Shown here: positions 57,313 to 64,000 of the stretch, piece by piece
Position numbering within the stretch: the first letter of the stretch is position 1
Layout of the letters: each line of letters begins with the position of its first letter
DNA from: an uncultured Thiomicrospira sp.
GTDB lineage: Bacteria; Pseudomonadota; Gammaproteobacteria; CAKMZV01
DNA: 64,000 nucleotides
Reading direction: 5' to 3'
Assembly (NCBI GenBank): GCA_965195345.1
Contig: OZ239628.1
Span: 1,216,001 to 1,280,000, forward strand
Notes under the pieces: model-generated
Database searches by the model: none
Told to the model about the DNA's origin: nothing
Seen by the model: the letters and a program-made list of their open reading frames with translations, nothing else
Program-made: the position numbers and the translations under genes

Positions 57313-58275
57313 TTGTTTATTAAAAATTCATTCCAATTGCATGTTAAAGCACAAAAACTGCATAACATTACAACACAGCATCACTTAAAACGGCACTGTG
57401 GGGAAAAAGAGCGCTTAATTTTAGGCTCTGGGACAAACATACTATTCACACAAGATGTGGTGTTTGATGTGCTGCAAAATGATATTCAAGAGATTACGCT
57501 TATAGCAGAGAGAGAAAATGAAGTGATTGTCAGAGCTGGCGGAGGGACAGCGTGGCACGATCTTGTGATTTATTGCGCAGAACATAATTTGTGGGGAATT
57601 GAAAATCTGGCTTTAATCCCTGGTACCGTTGGAGCTGCACCCATACAAAACATAGGGGCATACGGTGTCGAATTAAGTGATAGCCTCCTCAATGTACACG
57701 TAGTAAACTTATCGGATGGAAAAAGTTTTGTTCTTTCTAATGACGAATGCGCGTTTTCTTATCGAAACAGTATTTTCAAACAAAACATCAACAGATGGTT
57801 CATTACGCATATTGATCTCAAGCTTACGAAAAACGCCATTCCTGTGCTGGACTATCATGATTTGAAAAATTTCTTTCCAAAAAATCCAACAGACCCAAAA
57901 CAAATAGTTGCTAAGGTTTCTTCTATTCGGCGTAGTAAATTACCCGATCCTTTAGATTTAGGGAATGCAGGCAGTTTTTTCAAGAACCCAATCGTTCATT
58001 TGGATGTATTTGAAGCATTAAATGAAATAGACATAACCGGTTATGAAGTTTCGCCTAGATATTTCAAAATTTCTGCGGCGAAACTAATTGAGCGAGCGGG
58101 TTGGAAGGGATATAAAGATAAAAATGATGCTGGAGTATACGAAAAACATGCGCTTATATTAGTCAATCATGGCCAAGCGCTTGGGAAAAATATCGCTGAC
58201 CTTGCTTTGCTCATAAAGAACGATGTTGCGCATAAATTTGGAGTATCTTTAGAGTTTGAAGTGCGAATTCTATAA
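57313..58275 (+). CDS. murB: UDP-N-acetylenolpyruvoylglucosamine reductase
   Basis: LGSGTNILF, ENLALIPGTVGAAPIQNIGAYG, GNAGSFFKNP, HALILVN, LEFEV. Confidence 0.93.
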   Translation: MFIKNSFQLHVKAQKLHNITTQHHLKRHCGEKERLILGSGTNILFTQDVVFDVLQNDIQEITLIAERENEVIVRAGGGTAWHDLVIYCAEHNLWGIENLALIPGTVGAAPIQNIGAYGVELSDSLLNVHVVNLSDGKSFVLSNDECAFSYRNSIFKQNINRWFITHIDLKLTKNAIPVLDYHDLKNFFPKNPTDPKQIVAKVSSIRRSKLPDPLDLGNAGSFFKNPIVHLDVFEALNEIDITGYEVSPRYFKISAAKLIERAGWKGYKDKNDAGVYEKHALILVNHGQALGKNIADLALLIKNDVAHKFGVSLEFEVRIL

Positions 58276-58291
58276 CAGAGTGATTGGTACT

Positions 58292-59254
58292 CTATAATTT
58301 TGAATAACCAAACACTTCAATAATCTGTTGCAATTCCTTTTCATCAATATTCCACACAATTACCATACCGGCACAATCACCCTTTATAGAACCTGCTCCA
58401 CTTATTTTAGCAACGCCTCCTCGTTTCTCCACTGTTGTTATCATCTCGGCCACTTTAGAAGGAACCACACCCAATTCCATTAAAAGTTGATTGAGCACGC
58501 GTACTTGTTCAAAAAAAAGCACCAAATTATTCTGTTCTAACGCTTGCTCTATTGTAGCTATGCATTGTGTGAACTTTGATTTCACACGATGGAATAAAAG
58601 CTGAGTATGTGCCACACACTCAGCAGTTGTGCTTGTTGGTCTACCCGTGTGTACGAGCTGAAAACGAGGGATATCAAAAGGCTTGCTGATTTTGATTTCC
58701 TCGTTATCTTTTATAAATCTAACTGGTCGTCCATACCAGCTAACCCAAGTATCAAGTCCTCCAGCTTTCCCATGCTTGATATCTTCGCAGCGGGTAGCAA
58801 GCTGATAGCCATCAAAAAACCGTTGGTATCGTTGCTGCCAACATTTAATAATTGCTGCTATTAGAGCAGCAGAGGAACCCATTCCAGCGCCAATTGGGAT
58901 AGTGCTCTCAATGCTTACGCTAAAACCACTTCCTATATTTAATTTATCCTCAGCATTTGCGTAGCAAGATTGAATTACGTATGCGATAAATGCATCGTCC
59001 GTGCATGATTTAGCTAATGCCTGTGCATCTATTCTTTGATTTGTCGTCTGATGTATTTCATCAAGAATCTGTTTGTTATGGACTAAAGCATCCCACGACC
59101 AGAGACTTTCTTGCGTGCGTACTCCTTCAAAAGAATCAGGAATTATGTGACATTGACAATATTGGTTGGTTGGCAGTGCCAATGAAGGTAAGCCATTTAA
59201 GACTGCATGCTCTCCGTATATAATCAACTTTCCAGATGTCTGAGCGCTGTCCAT
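58292..59254 (-). CDS. mvk: GHMP kinase, probably mevalonate kinase
   Basis: GKLIIYGEHAV..G, PIGAGMGSSAA, HG..GGLD, KISGAG. Confidence 0.75.
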   Translation of the reverse strand: MDSAQTSGKLIIYGEHAVLNGLPSLALPTNQYCQCHIIPDSFEGVRTQESLWSWDALVHNKQILDEIHQTTNQRIDAQALAKSCTDDAFIAYVIQSCYANAEDKLNIGSGFSVSIESTIPIGAGMGSSAALIAAIIKCWQQRYQRFFDGYQLATRCEDIKHGKAGGLDTWVSWYGRPVRFIKDNEEIKISKPFDIPRFQLVHTGRPTSTTAECVAHTQLLFHRVKSKFTQCIATIEQALEQNNLVLFFEQVRVLNQLLMELGVVPSKVAEMITTVEKRGGVAKISGAGSIKGDCAGMVIVWNIDEKELQQIIEVFGYSKL

Positions 59255-59269
59255 TTGATAATGTTTAAA

Positions 59270-60571
59270 CTATTCAAAAATACGAATATAAAAAGGTTCC
59301 TGAAAAAATATCAATCGCTTTTTCAAATTTGTAATTACATCGATAAACTCAGATTCTTTCACTCGATTTGTCGTTAAAATGATCGTGGCTTCCGCACCTT
59401 CACGCAGTGGTTGCTCTTGATGTAAGCACTCTATACTGATATCATGGTCGGCCATAACCTCAGCGACAGTTTTCATTACTCCTGGAACATCTTCAACATT
59501 CAATCTTAGGTAATAATGACTTTCAATCTCAGATATAGAGCGATATTGATTCTCTTCAGTAGCGTTCATCAGATTGTTTGCTGGTCTGCTATTAGTAACA
59601 ATACAGCGGCAAATCTCGCATAAATCAGCGATTATTGCCGAAGCAGTAGGTAAGCCACCAGCACCCGCTCCAAAGTACATGCTCTCTCCCAAAGCATCGC
59701 CTTTCACCCAAACAGCATTCATAACCCCATCTACTCTAGATAATAACTTATCTTGCTTAACTAAGGCAGGATGTACTCTTAACTCTAACGGTCCATCAAA
59801 TCGCGCTATACCGAGATGCTTGATTTGATAGCCCATTTTCTTTGCATAACTCAGATCAACATTAGTAACCCGTGAAATTCCTTCAGTATAAACTTTTTCG
59901 AAATCAAGTGATTGTTGTTTAACCAATGACGCCATTATCGTTAATTTATGCGCGGCATCAATACCCTCAATATCGAACGTAGGGTCTGCTTCAGCGTAAC
60001 CCAATGCTTGAGCATCTTTTAACACATCAGAAAATGGCAACTCTTCATTATCCATACGAGAAAGAATGTAATTGCAGGTCCCATTTATAATGCCTGCAAG
60101 CAAGCTAATCCTATTTCCATCCATTCCTTCACGTAAAACCTTTATGATAGGAATACCTCCAGCAACCGCTGCTTCATACAATAGAGCAACATTATTTTCA
60201 GCGGCAATTTTAAAAAGTTCTTTTCCATGGATTGCTAATAGAGCTTTGTTCGCTGTTATGACTGGTTTGCCTGAAGTTAGAGCCGTTTTTACTGCCAAAT
60301 ACGCCTCATGAGTACCACCCATAACTTCAATCACCACATCAACATTAGGATCGGCAGCCACTTCATGAGCATTGCCCGTTAACGTTAATCCCTCGATGCT
60401 ACTGTTGCGTTTAGCATGTAAATTTTTAACAGCAATCGAATGAATGACCAAATTTGCAGTAGCTTTTTTTTCTACTAACTTTATATTTTCCCCACGCAGT
60501 ATTTCGGCAATACCTTGCCCTACCGTTCCAAATCCCAGCATTCCTATACTAATTTGTTTTTTATACGTCAT
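59270..60571 (-). CDS. hom: Homoserine dehydrogenase with ACT domain
   Basis: GFGTVG, TANKAL, EAAVAGGIP, GYAEADPTFD, GAGAG..PTASA, YYLRL ACT domain. Confidence 0.96.
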   Translation of the reverse strand: MTYKKQISIGMLGFGTVGQGIAEILRGENIKLVEKKATANLVIHSIAVKNLHAKRNSSIEGLTLTGNAHEVAADPNVDVVIEVMGGTHEAYLAVKTALTSGKPVITANKALLAIHGKELFKIAAENNVALLYEAAVAGGIPIIKVLREGMDGNRISLLAGIINGTCNYILSRMDNEELPFSDVLKDAQALGYAEADPTFDIEGIDAAHKLTIMASLVKQQSLDFEKVYTEGISRVTNVDLSYAKKMGYQIKHLGIARFDGPLELRVHPALVKQDKLLSRVDGVMNAVWVKGDALGESMYFGAGAGGLPTASAIIADLCEICRCIVTNSRPANNLMNATEENQYRSISEIESHYYLRLNVEDVPGVMKTVAEVMADHDISIECLHQEQPLREGAEATIILTTNRVKESEFIDVITNLKKRLIFFQEPFYIRIFE

Positions 60572-60603
60572 TACAATAAATAATTTGAATTAAAATAGCG
60601 CTC

Positions 60604-60981
60604 ATGCAATTCTATGAACAAAACATTCCCAACGCGAATCTAATAACCGCTATTGATGACAATGGGATCTACATCAAAGAACAGTTAATCGACTACTCAG
60701 CTTTCATTGATGCAGATCATGTACAACCATGGCACCCTAAAAAAACAGACTTCATTGACATCGAAGATTTAACTGATGCCATCACAATGAAACCCATGAC
60801 AATTATACTAGGTAGCAATGCTCCAGATTTAATACACTGGGTTAGTCCGCATATTCATACCGCAATCGTACAACTTGGCATAGGAGTTGAAATCATGCGC
60901 GTGCAGTCTGCATGTCATACTTATAATTTGCTGACCAATGAAGGAAGAAAAACCGTATTAGGAGTTTTTTTTCACAAATAG
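60604..60981 (+). CDS. Mth938-like (DUF498) protein
   Basis: IILGS, LGIGVEIM....ACHTYNLL.NEGR. Confidence 0.88.
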   Translation: MQFYEQNIPNANLITAIDDNGIYIKEQLIDYSAFIDADHVQPWHPKKTDFIDIEDLTDAITMKPMTIILGSNAPDLIHWVSPHIHTAIVQLGIGVEIMRVQSACHTYNLLTNEGRKTVLGVFFHK

Positions 60982-61988
60982 TTTTCAATCAACTTTTCAG
61001 CAATCTGCACAGTATTTGTTGCGGCTCCTTTGCGAACATTATCAGCCACCACCCACAGGTTAAGACCCAAAGGATGTGATATATCCTCACGAATACGCCC
61101 AACATAAACAGAGTCTTTACCTGCACTGTCTAAATTGGTTGGATAACCACCATCCACTTGTTCATCTATCACAGTGACCCCTTCGAGATTGCTTAAACAT
61201 TCAAGTGCTTCACCAGCTGTTATTTTCTCTTTCGTTTCTATATGGAGTGCTTCTGCATGTCCATAAAAAACTGGAATACGCACTGTTGTTGGATTAATTT
61301 CAATGGAATTGTCCGCAAAAATCTTACGTGTCTCATTGACCATTTTCATTTCTTCTTTGGTGTATCCGTTATCAGTAAACGAATCAACTTGTGGTATCGC
61401 ATTAAAAGCAATAATTTTTGGATAAACACTGCACTCAGGAGTATCTCCTGCTAACATAAGTTTACTTTGCTCTTGCAGCTCTTTAATTGCTTTCATTCCT
61501 GAACCAGAAACCGCTTGATATGTGCATACATTAATTCTACTAATTCCAACTTTATCGTAAATAGGTTTCAAAGCAACCAGCATTTGAATAGTTGAGCAGT
61601 TAGGATTGGCAATGATTCCTGTTTTTTTATAATCCGCTATGGCGTAGGCATTCACCTCTGGTACCACAAGAGGTACTTCGGGATGCATGCGAAAATGCGA
61701 AGTGTTATCAATGACAACACAACCACTCTCGGCAGCTCGAGGCGCATAGATTTTGGAAACACTCGCTCCAGGCGAAAACAAGCCAATTTCGGCTTTAGTG
61801 AAATCGAATGTTTCTAAATCATGCACAGTAACATCTGTACCATTAAAAGGAATTGTATTCCCTGCAGAACGCTTACTGGCTAAGGGATATAAATTATTGA
61901 CGGGGAAATTTCTTTCCTCAAGACATTTTAAGATAGTGCGTCCGACTGCACCTGTGGCACCTACCACACAAACATTATATTTTTTCAT
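60972..61988 (-). CDS. asd: Aspartate-semialdehyde dehydrogenase
   Basis: VGATGAVG, IANPNCSTIQM, YQAVSGSG, DNVRKGAA. Confidence 0.96.
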   Translation of the reverse strand: MKKYNVCVVGATGAVGRTILKCLEERNFPVNNLYPLASKRSAGNTIPFNGTDVTVHDLETFDFTKAEIGLFSPGASVSKIYAPRAAESGCVVIDNTSHFRMHPEVPLVVPEVNAYAIADYKKTGIIANPNCSTIQMLVALKPIYDKVGISRINVCTYQAVSGSGMKAIKELQEQSKLMLAGDTPECSVYPKIIAFNAIPQVDSFTDNGYTKEEMKMVNETRKIFADNSIEINPTTVRIPVFYGHAEALHIETKEKITAGEALECLSNLEGVTVIDEQVDGGYPTNLDSAGKDSVYVGRIREDISHPLGLNLWVVADNVRKGAATNTVQIAEKLIENYL

Positions 61989-62055
61989 TTTATTTCAACC
62001 AATTTAATTGGCTTTTAGATTTCTATGTTTTTGCTAAGATTGAAATTGTTACTTA

Positions 62056-62532
62056 CTAATTTACTTGCTTCGACTCTTGAAACAAGTCAACAGTAATAAT
62101 TTTTCCATCACTTGAATTAGTTCTAAAAAGGTTAAGGTCAGCCTGTACGTTAGAGGGCAGCTTATCATGAAATTCAAAATCATCATAAACATAGCTTTTA
62201 CCAGTGAATCGACTGCCCGTCTCAACGCAAATCTCACGCGCATGAATATCACCTTTCACTTCGCCCTTTTGTATGATTTCAAGAACGTCACAGTCTATTT
62301 GACCTGTAAACTTGCCACTAACAATAACATGCCGAGCACGCAAAAATCCTTCCATAATCCCATTCTCTCCGATGGAAAAATCATTTATTGAATAAACTTG
62401 TCCTTCAAAAATACCGTCCAAATGCGCTGGGTCTTTTAGTTTCATTAATCCGTTGATATGGTTTCCGTTTGCGATAATTGTTTTGTTTTTTGATGCAGCT
62501 TGCTTCGCACTACTTTTACTAAAGATTCCCAT
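62056..62532 (-). CDS. Bactofilin (CcmA-like polymer-forming cytoskeletal protein)
   Basis: MGIFSK membrane-targeting-like N-terminus, TIIA.G..I.G, LDG.FEG, IGENG beta-helix repeats. Confidence 0.88.
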   Translation of the reverse strand: MGIFSKSSAKQAASKNKTIIANGNHINGLMKLKDPAHLDGIFEGQVYSINDFSIGENGIMEGFLRARHVIVSGKFTGQIDCDVLEIIQKGEVKGDIHAREICVETGSRFTGKSYVYDDFEFHDKLPSNVQADLNLFRTNSSDGKIITVDLFQESKQVN

Positions 62533-63437
62533 GCTACTTTCCTCTCTTTTCTAAATAATTCATCGTAATTTTCAAGGGACCATTTCACGAAATGTTTGGG
62601 ATCAAGCGTACGCTGTATGAAAGTTACTTCATAATGAAGATGAGGTCCCGTAGTGATACCAGAATTTCCAGTCAGTCCTATGTAATGTCCCTTCTCTACT
62701 ACCTGCCCAGATTTTACCAGAATCCTACTTAAATGCGCGTATATTGTTCGAAACCCTAATGAATGGTTTAATATTATTAAATTACCATAACCGCTTGAAT
62801 GACGACCTGCAAATTCAACAGCACCATCAGCAGTAGCGTATATTTTAACACCTGGTTTTGCTCTAAAATCGATCCCCGTGTGCAGTTGCATATTTTTCTT
62901 ATTAGGGTGTTTGCGAAGTCCGTAATGACTTGTTATAGTCCTATTTATTTTAAGTGGATAGCCGCTTGGAATAGACCGTAGCATAAATTTCTTTTCCAAC
63001 GAAGTTTGTTCAAGCAGTTTCAACCTGGCTTCATAATCTTTGGTTTCTATACCCTCATCCACGCCAATTAAATCTTCGATTCGACCAAGCGCATTGTTAA
63101 GCAAACTCACTTTCCCTTGTTCTTTACGCAACACATTTAAAAGTACTTGTTGTTCAGCGAGCGCATCTTGATAAATGGATTCTCTTTCTTCAAATGACAA
63201 CTGTGAATCAATCGTTTTCCTCAGTGCAAACTCTTCATGCTTAGAGATAACTTCTTTATGTTTTTCCTCTAACCCTGTCACTTCAGAGCGTAACCAAATG
63301 ACCAAAGATATACTACAAACTAATAAAACTATAGTAATGGACGCTACGATCCAAAAAGATACACGTAAGAATTTGCTTAAGGAATAATTCCTTGATCCTT
63401 TAATGCTAGATATTGTTAGAGTTACTTGGTTACGCAT
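62445..63437 (-). CDS. M23 family peptidoglycan endopeptidase with TM and coiled coil
   Basis: HTGID, YAHL, GPHLHYE; overlaps the bactofilin gene. Confidence 0.92.
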   Translation of the reverse strand: MRNQVTLTISSIKGSRNYSLSKFLRVSFWIVASITIVLLVCSISLVIWLRSEVTGLEEKHKEVISKHEEFALRKTIDSQLSFEERESIYQDALAEQQVLLNVLRKEQGKVSLLNNALGRIEDLIGVDEGIETKDYEARLKLLEQTSLEKKFMLRSIPSGYPLKINRTITSHYGLRKHPNKKNMQLHTGIDFRAKPGVKIYATADGAVEFAGRHSSGYGNLIILNHSLGFRTIYAHLSRILVKSGQVVEKGHYIGLTGNSGITTGPHLHYEVTFIQRTLDPKHFVKWSLENYDELFRKERKVAWESLVKVVRSKLHQKTKQLSQTETISTD

Positions 63438-63441
63438 GCAT

Positions 63442-64000
63442 CTAAAATTGTTGCTGTAAAGACTCTACTACAGCGGCCCCCATCTCTTTTGTACCAATTA
63501 GAACGTGCTCTTTGGTATATATATCAAACGTTCTCATGCCTTTATCAAGCACCGCCTCAACAGCCTTTTCAATTTTCTCAGCATAACTTGGCTCATTAAA
63601 TGTATATCTTAGCATCATGGCAATAGAAAGCATCATTGCTAGAGGATTCGCACGATCCATACCAGCAATATCAGGAGCTGAACCATGAATAGGCTCATAC
63701 ATGCCAAATAAATCCGCATTCATTGAGGCAGAAGGCAACATTCCAATAGATCCTGTTAGCATAGACGCAGCATCAGAAAGTATATCACCGAACATATTAC
63801 CTGTGAGCAGCACATCAAATTGCTTCGGGTTTTTTATCAATTGCATTGCTGCGTTATCAACATACATATGGCTTAATTCCACATCGGAATAATTAACCGC
63901 TTCTTCTATCAATACATTGCGCCACAATTCTGTCACTTCTAAAACGTTCGCTTTATCGACTGAACACAATTTCCCTTCCCTCTGCCTAGCCAATTCAAAA
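63442..64000 (-). CDS. leuB: 3-isopropylmalate dehydrogenase (3' part)
   Basis: [29 protein letters not shown]; start lies beyond the window. Confidence 0.95.
   Translation of the reverse strand, partial: FELARQREGKLCSVDKANVLEVTELWRNVLIEEAVNYSDVELSHMYVDNAAMQLIKNPKQFDVLLTGNMFGDILSDAASMLTGSIGMLPSASMNADLFGMYEPIHGSAPDIAGMDRANPLAMMLSIAMMLRYTFNEPSYAEKIEKAVEAVLDKGMRTFDIYTKEHVLIGTKEMGAAVVESLQQQF

Overview
AT-rich chromosome segment of a probably marine Gammaproteobacterium (inferred from gene content). Housekeeping genes flank both ends: trpB, gloA and thiL on the left; metY, gcvTHP, ubi/pepP, parE/parC, fabG, nadC, hda, modABC, murB, hom, asd and leuB on the right. A ~24-kb accessory zone follows tRNA-Ser(TGA) and has three parts. 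(i) A defence island with a type III R-M system, RhuM, DUF4391, a PLD-like/SNF2 helicase and a frameshifted HTH excisionase-like gene. (ii) A tandem array of lipoprotein adhesins with cadherin-like stalks and 7-bladed FG-GAP propellers: two intact copies and one collapsed mosaic pseudogene. (iii) A run of co-oriented genes separated by decayed attC-like sites, which looks like an integrase-less integron cassette array. It includes a GT51 transglycosylase plus TM/beta-barrel gene pair and nhaA. The most unusual core-region feature is an orphan protein that appears to join a FliF-like periplasmic ring motif to a FliG middle domain, next to a Sel1-SPOR protein, with no flagellar genes in the window. 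All family assignments come from motif recognition by eye, not database searches.
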